64,000 bases of DNA from Acidobacteriota bacterium (GCA_965248695.1 CBDFKD010000002.1:2720001-2784000); one strand, 5' to 3'. Positions 30,013 to 41,322 are shown, counted from the first letter of the stretch. Notes: generated by a model from the sequence alone, not told the origin. A program made the numbers and translations.

Positions 30013-30300
30013 TCAATCCTCTGGAGATGCATCGCGCTGCGCTTCTTTCTTCGCGGCTTGCCGCATCTCGGCGAGGACCTCTAGGAACCGGCCGTCCTTC
30101 CACTCAGACAACGCGTGATCGTCCAGTCGCGCTGCCTCCAAGTCCTCCAGAGACAGAGAGCCGTTCGCAACAAGAGCATCCCGAAGCGCGATCCAGTCGG
30201 CCTGAAGCGAAAGGTACAGGCCGATGATGAAGCCGTGTCTGCCCGAAGGCGACATTTCGATCGGCTCTCTGTTGAAGCGTGGGGCGTCGTCGTTTTCCAC
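30013..30300 (-). CDS. Antisense hypothetical cargo protein
   Basis: Helical, natural-looking translation (LYLSLQADWIALRDALVANG); start uncertain. Confidence 0.45.
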   Translation of the reverse strand: MENDDAPRFNREPIEMSPSGRHGFIIGLYLSLQADWIALRDALVANGSLSLEDLEAARLDDHALSEWKDGRFLEVLAEMRQAAKKEAQRDASPED

Positions 30301-30387
30301 AGTTCCCGGGGCTGTGCTGGGTGGTTGGTGTCGAACTGCCCACGCTAGCACGGCCTCGGAGGCCTTCTCACAAAAGGAGGTGGGGTA

Positions 30388-30570
30388 GTGGCCCCGATCA
30401 CGATGACCTACGAGCTGGCCATGGGTGCGAGCAAGGACGCAGCTAACCAGAGCATGGGCGCGGCGGGCCGCTCCAAGTGGAGCCGACAGGACTACAGCGT
30501 CGCCGTCGAGACGTTTGAGCGCCTGTGGCCATTGGAGGCGGATCTGCGCAGCCAAGGAGAGATGGCGTGA
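30388..30570 (+). CDS. Small phage early protein
   Basis: AAGGAGGTG RBS; TYELAMGASKDAANQSM..WSRQDY. Confidence 0.65.
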   Translation: MAPITMTYELAMGASKDAANQSMGAAGRSKWSRQDYSVAVETFERLWPLEADLRSQGEMA

Positions 30571-30587
30571 GCGTGGAGGTGCGGCGG

Positions 30588-31266
30588 CTAGTCGACCTCG
30601 CCGGCGGCGGCAGCGCGCTGTTCGTGCGCCAGCTTGACTCGCTCCGGCAGCGTGAAGGTGTAGAGCAAAAACAGCTCGGCGAAGCTCTGAATCTGCTTCG
30701 CGCTCATTTCGTCGAACGTTTCCTCGTGCGCCGCTTTGTTTCCCTGGAGGCGAATGATGTGCGCCAAAGACTTCATTGCCGGAGTGATCTCGTGCCGTTT
30801 GGCGAGGGCGTCGATACGTTTCACGAGCTGCATCTTTTTGAAGTCCGCACCTTCAGGCGGCGATCTCCGTGGTGGCCCACTCCAGAACCTTGCGGAACAT
30901 TATGCCGGCGCTTGTGAAGTGCTGGCGACGCAGGTTGTCGGCCGCCTCCTTGTAGTCGTTCGCGATGCCATCGGGCACATGCTCGGGCACGTCGATTGGC
31001 TGCGGCTTCGGGTGTATGGCAATCAGTTCGAACTCATGGTCTTGCGGATCTCCTGAATAATTGCCTGGACTACTTTCCTTCGGGCCCTTGAACTTAACGG
31101 CGACACCTTCTTGACACTTACGGCATACGAACAAGGTGTTCCACTCCCTCAGGCGACGATTCGATTGCTCCTCCAGCGAGACAGGTGGGCACTCGAGCTG
31201 ACCGCCGAACATGAACCCCGTGCGCTCCGATGCACAGTGGGGGCAGTCTAGGACCATTTCAGGCAT
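30588..31266 (-). CDS. DUF4145 (HEPN-like) protein with N-terminal zinc ribbon; single frameshift near 30860
   Basis: CPHC..CRKC, YKEA...AGIMFRKVLE, IRLQGNKAAH (RxxxNxxxH). Confidence 0.8.
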
Positions 31267-31641
31267 GTCGAACCTCTCACCGCATATCAGGGAGCTGAAT
31301 AAAACGCTGGCCCCGGAGTACGGCCCGGAGACACCGAGCGAGGCCGTGAGCCGGCTGCTCGAACACTACCAGCGGCTCGATGAGCAGGGCCAGCTCGCGT
31401 TCGTGGCGGCGCTGATTGGTGACGCCGTGACGCAGCGAATGATCGCGCGCCCGGAGCCGCGGCAGGGAGAGGCGGCATGAGCGACACCGCCCAGGTCGAC
31501 GTATCCGTGCATTCCGAACCGCTGCTTACTGCGCTGTCACGGCTTACCGAGCTTGCGAAAGGCTTTCCGGAGCTTGTCGATCGCCTTATCGACCTTACGC
31601 ATCTCTCGCCGGAGTTGCTCGGCACGGTAGTGCGTGACGAG

Positions 31642-34386
31642 TGCGTATTTCGGTGATGCCGAATCGGTTGTTTCGGTCATCGCGATCACTCGTTTCGGGT
31701 GATCGCGATCAGGGCATCGGAGCGAAGCGACGTTGTGTTGGGATGTTAGCGGATCACCTTGGGTGAGTCAGAAGTAGTAGTAGAGGCGGTGGAGGCTGTG
31801 GGGGACGCGAAGCGTCCTCCAAGGAGCGGTGGGAAACGGATGTTTTCCATGGCTCCGGCAGGATCCACAGGTTGCCGGAGCAGCGCGAGGATGCTCATGT
31901 GGCTTTGTCCGCATCGCGCAGCTTGGCGGCGGCGGCCGCCTTGCGCAGCGACCGGCCGGTGAGCTTGATCTTGTAGGCAGCGTGGATGAGCCGGTCGCAG
32001 ATGGAGTCGGCCACGGTGGCCTCCCCGAGTGCCTGATGCCAGGCAGAGATGGGCAACTGACTGGCGATCAGAGTCGAGGCGCGTTCATGGCGATCTTCGA
32101 TCACCTCGAGGATGTCGCGCCGTTCCATGTCGTTGAGCGGCGTAAGCAACCAGTCATCGATCACCAACAAGTTGGTTCTGGCGAGTCGGTTCATCAGACG
32201 GGTGTAGGAGCCGTCGCCACGGGCGACGGCGAGTTGGTGAGGGAACCGGGCGGCGCGCACGTACAATGCCGTGAACCCAGATCGGCACGCCCTGTGCGCC
32301 AGTGCGCAGGCCAGGAACGTCTTGCCGGTGCCGGTGGGTCCGGTGATCAGCAGGTTCAGGTTCTGGCGCAACCACTCACACGATCCCAGCGACAGCACCA
32401 CCTGCCGGTCCAGCCCGCGGGATGCCTTGAAGTCGACATCTTCCATGCAAGCGGCGACGCGGAGTTTGGCGCGTTGGAGCCGGCGAGTGAGCTTACGCCG
32501 CTCGCGTGCGGTGTACTCGGCCTCGATCATCATGCCGACCCGATCCTCGAACGGTAGATCGGCGTACTGGCTCGTGGACAGCTGCAACTCGAACAGCTCG
32601 GCCATCGCCCCCATCTTCATGGCCAGCATCTTGTCGATCGTCGGTTGCCTCAGCATGAGCTGGACTCGGCGTAGTAATCAGCACCGCGGATGTTCTCGTG
32701 GACTGGCACTGCGGGAGTTCGGTGCTGTTGCGCGGGCTGCCGATCCAGGCCCGAGGAGAGGATGTTCTTGATCGTGCCGTAACGGCACGATCCGAGGGTC
32801 TCGGCGCGCGCGCTCGCTGCCTCCAGTCGTTCCGATCCGTAGCGCTTGCTCAAGCGCATGATCCCCAAACAGGAGCGATACCCCTGTTCCGGATGAGGGA
32901 AGGTGGCCATGATCTGCGCCACCACCCGAGCGGTGGCAGGACCGGTGCGCCCGGCCCAGCCGATCAGACGCGACGGGGTGCATTGCGCATGCGCCCGATG
33001 CGAAGCGGGCATGTGCTCGGCACAAGTGGAGTGGCTGCCTTTGCCCACGAGACGGCGGTGGCCGCCAACTCGGTTGCCCTTGAAGTACAGCTCCACGGTC
33101 AGAGCGGTGAAGCGTGCCTCCACCTGCTGATGAACCAACTGATAGGGCACCGAGTACCAGTTGCCGTCAACCTGCACGTGGTAGTCGATGTTGACCGTGC
33201 AGCGGAGCCACTCGGCCATCTCATAGGCGGCTGACGGCAACGGCTGCAGCAGTGGCCGGTCCAGACGCTCGTACAACTGTCGTCGGGATGCGCCGAGCTG
33301 CTGCATGGGCTTGTCGTTGATGATCTCGAGTTGCTCGCGGATCGCACCGTTCAGCTCGGCCAAGCTGAAGAAGGTGCGGTTGCGCAATACGGCCAGGATC
33401 CAACGCTGCGCCAGTAGCACGGAGCTCTCCACCTTGGCCTTGTCGCGAGGCTTGCCGGCGCGCGTCGGGATCACCGCCGCACCGTAGTGCTCGGCCATCT
33501 CGGCGTAGCTGCGGTTCACGGTCGGCTCATACCGGCAGGCCCGAGTAACGCCGCTCTTGAGGTTGTCCGGAACGAGGATCTCAGCACTCCCGCCGAAGTA
33601 CTCCAACATCCGCACATGCGATCCGATCCACGAGGCCAGATCCTGGCCAGCGCTTGCCTCGGCGTACACGTAGGAGCTGGCGCCGAGCACCCCGACGAAC
33701 AACTCGACGGTACGGGCATCACCGCTGTGGCGGTCAACGACGCTCGGTCGCTTGCCGGAGTAGTCCACGAAGATCTTGTGGCCGGCGCGGTGCACCTGCC
33801 GCATCGATGGGGACAGCTTGCGCCGGAAGCGTCGGTATCGCTCGCAGAACTGCGTGTAGCGATATCCGTCAGGGTGATCCTCCAGGTACTCGTGCCACAG
33901 CAGTTGTAGCGTCACCCCGGGGCGCCGCAGCTCCCGGTGAACCCAGGCCACATCCGGCGACGGGCGCGGGTTGCTCGGTGGCGCCGGCGCTCTGAACAGC
34001 TTCCCCTCCAGCGCGATGTCATCAAGCTCTGCCGGCAGCGGCCAGCTCAGCCCGGCCGCCGCGGCGCGCTGCAGGTAGTCGCTCACGGTCGAACTGCTCA
34101 CGCCACACGCGCGGGCGATCTGGCGGTGCGGTAGCCCTTGGAACTTCAGCCGCAGGATCTGTCGAACTTGTCTCATCGGTAGCCTCTTGGTTGCCATCCA
34201 TCGCTCCTCCTGGCGTTAGGAGGCGCCATGGTGCCGCACTTGCTACCGATGGATCCCTGCTCTCAGATCCTCGCGATCGGCTCCGAAATGAGCGATCGCG
34301 ATGGTCCGAAACCAGTGATCGGCATCAACCGAAATCCGTGATCGCGATAAACCGAAACGGGCGATCGGGATGCTCCGAAATACGCA
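31642..34386 (-). mobile_element. IS21-family element: istA 34197-32650, istB 32656-31895
   Basis: TGCGTATTTCGG / CCGAAATACGCA ends with internal repeats; IstA FVDY, VPDN, PRDKAKVE; IstB GPTGTGKT, LLVIDD; no TSD visible. Confidence 0.95.
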
Positions 34387-34512
34387 CTTGCGCGTGCGCA
34401 GGGGCACGCCCAGCCGTTTAGCCTGGTTGGGCCAGGCTCTCAGGTCCACTTCCCAGACCTGTTTGTCCCGGAAGGTGCGCTGCGTCGGTTCCGGTGAAAA
34501 CAGCTTGCTCAC
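34387..34512 (-). pseudogene. Phage integrase N-terminal stub cut by IS21
   Basis: MSKLFSPEP..KQVWEVDLRAW is homologous to MTKPFNPVP..RKWEVDCRPW of the integrase at 55717. Confidence 0.65.
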
Positions 34513-34675
34513 GTACCCACTCCTGTGTGATGTCAGGATCGAAACGCCAGCGCGATCCTACTCGAATGGCGGGGATGGCTCCTTGAATGGCGAGATCTCG
34601 CACGGTACGCGGAGCCATCTGGTAGAAGGCAGCCGCTTGCCGTAGCGTCCATAGCACGCGCTCCCGTTGAGCCAT
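34418..34675 (-). CDS. Excisionase-like HTH protein
   Basis: LWTLRQAA..GAIPAIRVGSRWRFD. Confidence 0.8.
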   Translation of the reverse strand: MAQRERVLWTLRQAAAFYQMAPRTVRDLAIQGAIPAIRVGSRWRFDPDITQEWVREQAVFTGTDAAHLPGQTGLGSGPESLAQPG

Positions 34676-34985
34676 CAGGACCGCACCGCCTGTAGCGGGA
34701 TCAGCTCCGCGTCGAACAGTTGGACGAACAGCTCCGCCTGACGCGACCACGGCTCGGGTATGTCATTGAAGTCCTTGGCATCGAACGCCGCGTGCATCGG
34801 ACAGTTGTCCCAGGTGTGGCAGTTCCAGACCTCGGGCGTGGCCACCGCTTCCAGAGGCTTGCCGCCGGCCGTCAGAAGTGCCGGTAGATCCGCTACGTAC
34901 TCCGACCACTTCTGCCCCGTCGGCATAGTCGTCTCGGCAGACAACTTGGCTCCCCGCAGGTTGGCTCCCCGCAGGTCGGCTCCCA
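34675..34985 (-). pseudogene. Pentapeptide-repeat protein C-terminal fragment
   Basis: GADLRGANLRGAKL plus a C-terminal domain almost identical to that at 56419-56650. Confidence 0.85.
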
Positions 34986-35525
34986 GCGGGCACGATCCGC
35001 ATACCGGAGCGGTGCTGTGGGAGTTCGACTGGCCGGGGATCTCGTCCGCCGACTCCAACGTCTCGCAAGCGGTGCCGGTGGGCTCGAACCGTGTCTTCAT
35101 CTCCAAGGGCTACGGCGGCGGTGCGGCACTGTACGAGCTCGACCCAGCGGCCGCGGGCACATTCACCGGCCGTCAGCTCTGGCACCAGCCGCGCGTGCTG
35201 CGCACCAAGCTCACCAACGTCGCCATGCGCAACGGCTACGCCTACGGGCTGTCGGAGGGCATCCTCGAATGCGTCGACCTGGCCACCGGCGAGCGCGTAT
35301 GGAAGGCCGGCCGCTACCACCACGGCCAGATCCTCATGGTGGGGGAGGTGCTGCTGGTGCTCACCGAGGACGGCGAGATGGTCATGGTCGAGGCGTCACC
35401 CGAGAACCGCAACAACGTCCTCGGCCGCTTCCAGGCGATCAACGGCCACACCTGGAACAACTTCGCGCTCTACGGCGACATCCTGCTGGTGCGCAACGGG
35501 CAGGAGGCCGCGGCGTATCGATTAC
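34986..35525 (+). pseudogene. PQQ-binding-like beta-propeller (BamB-like) C-terminal fragment
   Basis: HDPHTGAVLWEF, LECVDLATGERVWK, TWNNFAL..LLVRNGQEAAAY. Confidence 0.7.
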
Positions 35526-35624
35526 CTGGGCACCGATCAAGGTCCAGATGACCTCGGCATCCGCCAGCTCGCGCGCTACGGAGCACAGAGTCGGCCATGG
35601 CGGCACGTTCGGAAGTCGCAGCAT
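35520..35624 (-). pseudogene. Nucleotidyltransferase-like toxin N-terminal stub
   Basis: PPWPTL..WTLIGAQ, coupled to the upstream HTH gene as in type IV TA pairs. Confidence 0.4.
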
Positions 35625-36310
35625 CAGCTGGGCCAGAGTCTGTCGAGTAGCTCCTGGCCGGCCCGTTGACTGCGACCGTCGTCAGCTTCGATGAGATCCA
35701 GTGCGACGACAAGCGACCAGACAGCCGAGCTGTTCGCCGGAAGCCGTTCGCCATCCTCCGTGACGTGGATGAACAGGTTGGGTGCCTCGGAACGGGCCCC
35801 GAGGGGATAACTTCGCTCCAGACCGGACCAGTTCGAGCTCGAGACATATGCCTCGAGCTCGCCCAGGGACGAGACGTCGGCACCATGCGCCGCTGCTGCA
35901 CTGACGCCGGCCTCGTGCAGCTCGGGCTCTTCGGCGAGACGGTCGATAGACGCCGGGTGCGCCCGGTAACGTCGTAGCTCGGCGCGTGACTTCAGTTTTG
36001 CCACCAGCTCAGCGCGTGGCGATGTTCGCAGCCGCCGTTTAAGCTGAGACTGGTGGGATGCGGACAGCCATTCGGGCGCCTCGCCGACAATCAGGTGCAA
36101 GAGCGCCCAGGACACAGACTGGTTGAACGGCCTGCCGGGAGCCCTCGATGCTCGCAGTCGATCCTCGACAGCTCGCGCCTGCAGTACCCACCGTCCACCG
36201 ACGCGCTGGGCATCGATCACCCCATCCCGGATCAACGCCCTGACTCGTTGGTCAGTTACGCCGAGATGTCGGGCGGCGTCTGGAACGGAAAGCAGCTCGG
36301 TCGCGTACAT
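35624..36310 (-). CDS. Excisionase-type HTH protein, probable type IV toxin-antitoxin (AbiEi-like) antitoxin
   Basis: LSVPDAARHLGVTDQRVRALI; GVSAA..LEAYV..VALDLIE..RSQRAG. Confidence 0.7.
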   Translation of the reverse strand: MYATELLSVPDAARHLGVTDQRVRALIRDGVIDAQRVGGRWVLQARAVEDRLRASRAPGRPFNQSVSWALLHLIVGEAPEWLSASHQSQLKRRLRTSPRAELVAKLKSRAELRRYRAHPASIDRLAEEPELHEAGVSAAAAHGADVSSLGELEAYVSSSNWSGLERSYPLGARSEAPNLFIHVTEDGERLPANSSAVWSLVVALDLIEADDGRSQRAGQELLDRLWPS

Positions 36311-36448
36311 GGCACAATCTCTTACTAAAATTATTCTTAATAGTTAGGTTTATTAAATTCGCCTGCATGAGAGCAGCCAACGCTGCGTTTCTTAAGTGTG
36401 TGAAGGCGTGCCTAAAAGCAGCGCCGCCGACGGTATAGGCGAATCGAA

Positions 36449-37531
36449 TTGGAGCCTTGGGGGAAGGAGACTCAGGAAATAGTGGGTGTCCGTCATGGGC
36501 ACTCGCGACCATTCAGAAGCTATGCCTTGATCATCACAGTCGGGGTGTTAGTCGTCGCCGTTTTCGCGGAGGCGTCTATAAGACAGGTCGGTCGGCCGCA
36601 CATCGATGCGCAGACGATCCTACGAGGGACGGTTGCCGACTTGCAATCGGGAGCGCGAATTCGAGCCGCCCATGTGCTCGCGAGGGGGATCGGTCGCGGC
36701 ACGACGAACAACCACGGCGTGTTCAAGCTGCGAAGATCGCCACCCGTCGTCGCCGGCACCTACCCCTTCACCATCCGAGCCTCTGGATATTGGCCGCGCA
36801 GAGCATATGTGCAGATTCCACCAGCAGGAGGGCGAGTACGAACTGATCACAGTCTGTTCCCGCGCCCAGGCCCGGCGCTTAAGTTCTTTGATCGAGCGAT
36901 TCGCGACTCCCTCAACGGGCTGACCACTCGCTGGGTGGCGGCTCCACCGATGTTCGTGGTGGCTGATTGGCGTCTTGGGTGCGTTGTTGGGACACCTATC
37001 GCATGCGAGACATGGGTTGTTACTTCCGAGCCGATCACGGCTCAATTACGCGCGTGGTACGAGGAGATCGTTCTTCAAGACGCGCCGATCCTGACCGGCG
37101 GGTTCGCTTCCGGTTCTCTCGGCACGTGGTCGCTCCAGCCTGGTACCACGCTCTCGCAACAGGAGCTCTTAGAAAACGGGCGCTACCTGTTGGCTGAACA
37201 TACCGATCTTCAGCTTCTGTTTAGCGGTCCACGAGCTGAGGGTGGAAAACCGATTGTTACCCAGGCGCTGATCATCTCTCGCGGCGACTTCACCCGGTGG
37301 CTTGTACTGCGTCTATTCGCCCAGGGGCTTGGTTACCGCGGTTTGGCAACTGCGCAAGATTGTGCGGATTGGCTCCGCCTCAGCTTACGTACCTCGGCAT
37401 GCGAGAGCCATGCTGATAGAGCTACTCGGAACGACCGCATATACGGAGCTGCGCTCTATGCGCGCCCGGCCGGGAACCGGTGGCCGGACGAGGACCCTGA
37501 TCCGGATTGCGCAACGTGCGAAGCCACGTAA
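36449..37531 (+). CDS. Secreted protein with carboxypeptidase-regulatory-like (prealbumin-fold) domain
   Basis: Signal/TM, LRGTVAD...TTNNHGVF..GTYPFTIRASGY; start uncertain. Confidence 0.6.
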   Translation: MEPWGKETQEIVGVRHGHSRPFRSYALIITVGVLVVAVFAEASIRQVGRPHIDAQTILRGTVADLQSGARIRAAHVLARGIGRGTTNNHGVFKLRRSPPVVAGTYPFTIRASGYWPRRAYVQIPPAGGRVRTDHSLFPRPGPALKFFDRAIRDSLNGLTTRWVAAPPMFVVADWRLGCVVGTPIACETWVVTSEPITAQLRAWYEEIVLQDAPILTGGFASGSLGTWSLQPGTTLSQQELLENGRYLLAEHTDLQLLFSGPRAEGGKPIVTQALIISRGDFTRWLVLRLFAQGLGYRGLATAQDCADWLRLSLRTSACESHADRATRNDRIYGAALYARPAGNRWPDEDPDPDCATCEAT

Positions 37532-39387
37532 GCGTTGAGACCACACGCACGACGGCCGGGGCACCGGGTGCGCGTGCGCTAACCGTAGTATTGGGCGTGT
37601 TCGTAGCCGTGGCGACTTCGCATGCCCGCAGCGTGGTCCCAGGAAGTAGTACCCAGTTTCGCGCCGAAATCTTGCAGCGCGTCGCCTACACCATCGTCTT
37701 GGACGCTGCAGATGCCCCAGTTTCTCACCTACAAGAAACGGACTTCCGCATCTTCGAGGGCGACGACGAGCGGTCCATCAATATGTTTCTTGCGCCCACC
37801 TCCACCGGACTGGACTTGGCCGTGCTGCTGGATCGGTCCTCGACCATGTCGGGGCGCACCAGAGAGGTACAAGACTGGACCGTCCGTATCCTCGATGGAC
37901 TCCGCTCGACAGACTGCGTAAACGTTCTCTGGTTCAACGAACGGGTCCATAGCAGCGGCTGGCAGCAACCGCATGAAACCGAGCTGCGACAGTTTCTCTC
38001 GGAGGTAGAGTTCGGCGGTGATACGGCACTCTACGACGCCATTCTCCAGGCCCAGAGGGCATTCGTGGTTCGTGCCCACTTCAGCGCGGCGGGATCGAGC
38101 CCGCATAGGGCGCTCGGCTATGGCTATAGCAACCGCGCTACGGATCCTGTGTTCCCATTCAGACCCTTGCTCTCGGGTGGGGCCGCGCTTCCTGGAAGAT
38201 CAAGTGGTGCTTGCAGTGCAAGCGTGTTGCATCCTGGCGATCGGCGCCAAGCCATCTTGATGCTGACCGACGGGGAAGACACGGCGAGCCAATCGAACTT
38301 TGGCGAAGTACTGCTCGCTACGGCTTTCTTGCGCGTTCCGATCTTCGCTGCCGGTTTGGCGCCACGCATGTCCAGCAACGAGCGTTTCGATCTACTACGT
38401 CGATTCCGCCGAAAGAACCAGGATAACCGCTGGAGGCTGCACGCGAGCGCGGGCAATTTTCGCCGGGCGGACGTTATCGAGCCGATCGTGCGCGCGTCGG
38501 GAGGGTCGGTTCTGGACGCCATGTCGACGCAGCAAGCGTATGAGGGGCTGGGCGATCTTCTGCGGGCATTCTACATGATCGGCTTCCCGAGCGGCGAACC
38601 GGGCGTGATTCGCAACAATCTGCCCGTGCGCGTTGAAACCATCGTTGAAGGCGTGCGCGTAGAAGCGCAGACTGCCTACCCTATTGCCGGGACATCGCAT
38701 GCTGCCACCGCCACGATGGCTGTCGTTCGCGGACTGGAACACCTCGGCAGCGGTGATCTCGGAGCGGCGCAGCGTGAGTTTGATGTTGCGATCGGACAAG
38801 ACGCCGAACTAGGCGCAGCGCAGTACGGACGGGGTCTGGTACTGGCTCGACTGGGGCACGCAACTCAAGCACGCGCAGCCTTGCGAAAAGCAGCTCAGCT
38901 TGCCCCGTGGCTGAGTGACGTACATGCGCAACTTGCGGTGGTGGAGAACCAAGCTGGAAACCACGAACTGGCGTCTGCCTACGCACGGCAAGCAGTAGAC
39001 GCCGATCCCGATGCTATCTGGACAATCGGTAATCTTCTTTCCGACGATAGTAAGAATCGCGACCGACGTCTGGTGCACCTTCTTCACCCGCGGGCACAGA
39101 CTGTCGAGGCACAGCTTGTCATCGTTCGAATCCTCGCGAGTATCGGAAGAGCGATTCTGAATGACCATAATCTCGGTTTGGCCGCCCACCCCGAGCACGC
39201 CGAGTTAGGGCTCGTCTTGACCATCGACGAGCTGACTAGGGGGTTGCCGCGTCGGCTTGTCGCAACGGTTGAGGTGTATGGCCACTCGGGTAATCGGGTC
39301 GTAAAGAGTAGCTTGAATGTCGATGACGTTGACCGCATTGACCGAATCGATGCTGCCGCAGCGCGCTTATTGGGCGCCTGGCGTTGA
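37507..39387 (+). CDS. VWA-domain and TPR protein
   Basis: LLDRSSTM MIDAS-like, TALYDAI, LTDGED, TPRs (AQYGRGLVL); start uncertain. Confidence 0.8.
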   Translation: MRNVRSHVSVETTRTTAGAPGARALTVVLGVFVAVATSHARSVVPGSSTQFRAEILQRVAYTIVLDAADAPVSHLQETDFRIFEGDDERSINMFLAPTSTGLDLAVLLDRSSTMSGRTREVQDWTVRILDGLRSTDCVNVLWFNERVHSSGWQQPHETELRQFLSEVEFGGDTALYDAILQAQRAFVVRAHFSAAGSSPHRALGYGYSNRATDPVFPFRPLLSGGAALPGRSSGACSASVLHPGDRRQAILMLTDGEDTASQSNFGEVLLATAFLRVPIFAAGLAPRMSSNERFDLLRRFRRKNQDNRWRLHASAGNFRRADVIEPIVRASGGSVLDAMSTQQAYEGLGDLLRAFYMIGFPSGEPGVIRNNLPVRVETIVEGVRVEAQTAYPIAGTSHAATATMAVVRGLEHLGSGDLGAAQREFDVAIGQDAELGAAQYGRGLVLARLGHATQARAALRKAAQLAPWLSDVHAQLAVVENQAGNHELASAYARQAVDADPDAIWTIGNLLSDDSKNRDRRLVHLLHPRAQTVEAQLVIVRILASIGRAILNDHNLGLAAHPEHAELGLVLTIDELTRGLPRRLVATVEVYGHSGNRVVKSSLNVDDVDRIDRIDAAAARLLGAWR

Positions 39388-39419
39388 CGAATCTGACAGT
39401 GCCCGGATAGCCTTCGCCG

Positions 39420-39638
39420 GTATGGAAGGACCGCATCAGGGCGCTCGTAGAAGAGCGCGGCACGACGCTCACTCAGGTGGCGGAATCCATGCCGACACCG
39501 GCTGGCCGAACGAGCTTCTGGCGCGTGGTGAGCAGCACGCGGCCGACGAAAGATCCTCGTGCTTCGACCCTGCAGAAGATCGCCGGCGCCCTCGGCGTCA
39601 CCCTCAGCGAGCTGCTCGAAGGCGTCGAGTTCGACTAG
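39420..39638 (+). pseudogene. Cro/C1-type HTH protein (no clear start)
   Basis: RIRALVEERGTTLTQVA...PRASTLQKIAGALGVTLSELL. Confidence 0.65.
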
Positions 39639-39889
39639 CCGGACAGGACCAGCCGAAGCCAGCGGGACACGACCGAGCCACCGGCCGCCCCGCCATCCCC
39701 CTGAACGCGGTTCAGCCACAGGAGAAATCGATGTCGAACGAGAACGTTACGGCGTATTCCAGCGTCGCCCCTCAGCCCGATGCCGTGCTGATACCCTTCC
39801 TCCTCACTGGGCGCCGCTGGGGCGGGCGCTCTCGTCGACGACGAGTTCGCCCATTCCCAGGACCACATCACGCCGCGCTACGTCGAAGT

Positions 39890-40147
39890 AAGGGAGAGCA
39901 AGTTGTCGAGCGCAGTTGCTGTCCCCAAGCCGATGTGGTAAGCGCTGCGCTCCACGACCGCGCTGGAGAACCTGAACCGCGAGTTCCGTCGTCGCACCAA
40001 GACACGCAGGGCTCGTTCAGCACCGAGGCTGCGGCCGTCACGGTGCTCTGGGGCCTCATCGCCTTCGGGCAGATCCAGCCCCGGCGGATTGTCGGCTACA
40101 ACCACCTTCCGTACATCACCGCCCGGCGCTTCGCACGCCACCGATGA
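39890..40147 (+). mobile_element. IS256 transposase 3' fragment related to the element at 16293
   Basis: ALENLNREFRRRTKTQGSFSTEAAAVTVLWGLIAFGQI. Confidence 0.8.
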
Positions 40148-40828
40148 GCATCGCGGGCCAAGCGACCCTGATCTGCCGTCCGGTGAGGCACTGAATGCGA
40201 GCATCCGCCTCGTCGTAGCGGTGCGCTCAGGGGATTCCTAATGCTGGACTTAGTGCAGCTTCTTGGCCGTGAGCGAGGTCGCACCATAGAACTCGCGCCT
40301 AGTAACGCCAGCCTAACGCACCATTCTCTTGATCCCCTTCCGCTCAAACTCGGCGTAGCCAGCGTCCACCGTTACGACTCGGCGCCGCGGGGCGCATATA
40401 TTAGCCGCGAAAGACGTAGTGGTGTTTGGGCGCACGAGAAGGCATGTGACACTACCTCCAGGGATACCCGTTTTACCCGCCGCAGGCGTGGCCGGATGAA
40501 CTCTTGTCGCGAGGCGGGTACGTTCCTCCAAGCGGAGCATCTACGCTGAATCTATACCACGAAAGCGTAGCGATGTGTTGACTTCCGGCCCCTTCACCAT
40601 GCCGCGGTGCTCCGTCTCCAGCTGCGCAAGGGGCGCCTCGCAGATCTTGGAGCTGCGGTACAGCCTTGACGCGAGTTTCGCGCGTCTGAGCCATACCTCT
40701 GGCCAATGCTGCTGCCACAGCGGGATATAGATGAACGGCGACGCTCAATCGCCAGCTTGAGCAGCGGGACGCTGAAGCGGCGGGGCGGCGCGGTGGACGC
40801 CAGGTCCGAGCGCGGCGCCGCCGTCCGC

Positions 40829-41070
40829 GCAGCTGGTCGAGCAGATCAAGAGCGCTGTGTGTCGCGGGCAACTAGGTCCCGGGGACCGCTTACCGTCGAT
40901 TCGACAGCTTGCCAATGAGCTGCGACTCAACCACGCCACAGTAGCCAACGCATACCGGTCGCTGGAGCATGACTCAATCATTCGGACCGAACGCTATCGG
41001 CGGGTCATCGTCCATCCGAACGCCCAGGCCAACAGCGCTAGCGGCGTTGCGCGCCGCGCAGGCATCGCGG
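40829..41070 (+). pseudogene. GntR-family regulator fragment
   Basis: QIKSAV..GQLGPGDRLPSIRQLA..NHATVANAY. Confidence 0.75.
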
Positions 41071-41079
41071 CAACCGGGC

Positions 41080-41322
41080 TCAATCTTGTTCTGGCCGCTT
41101 CCACGGAGTCCAGTCGATGCCCATGACGTACTTCTGCATCCATCGGATCTCTTCGACGTCGCGGGTGCGCTGGTGCCTCGGCTCGCGGAACCCGTGCGGC
41201 TCGCGCGGGAAGCTCACGTAGCGAACCGGCGCCTTGCCGATGTCCTTCAGCGCGGTGAAGAACATCATGCTCTGTTGCGGGGTGCTGACTAGGTCGCGCT
41301 CACCGTGCAAGAGGAGCGTCCC
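41080..41322 (-). pseudogene. S9 prolyl oligopeptidase C-terminal fragment
   Basis: TLLLHGERD...FPREPHGFREP. Confidence 0.75.

Larger units (their letters stand above)
29835..31483 (+). repeat. 37-bp direct repeat of the cro 3' end (29835-29871 and 31447-31483)
   Basis: GCGCCCGGAGCCGCGGCAGGGAGAGGCGGC(G/A)TGAGCG, one mismatch; both copies encode RPEPRQGEAA*. Confidence 0.9.
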
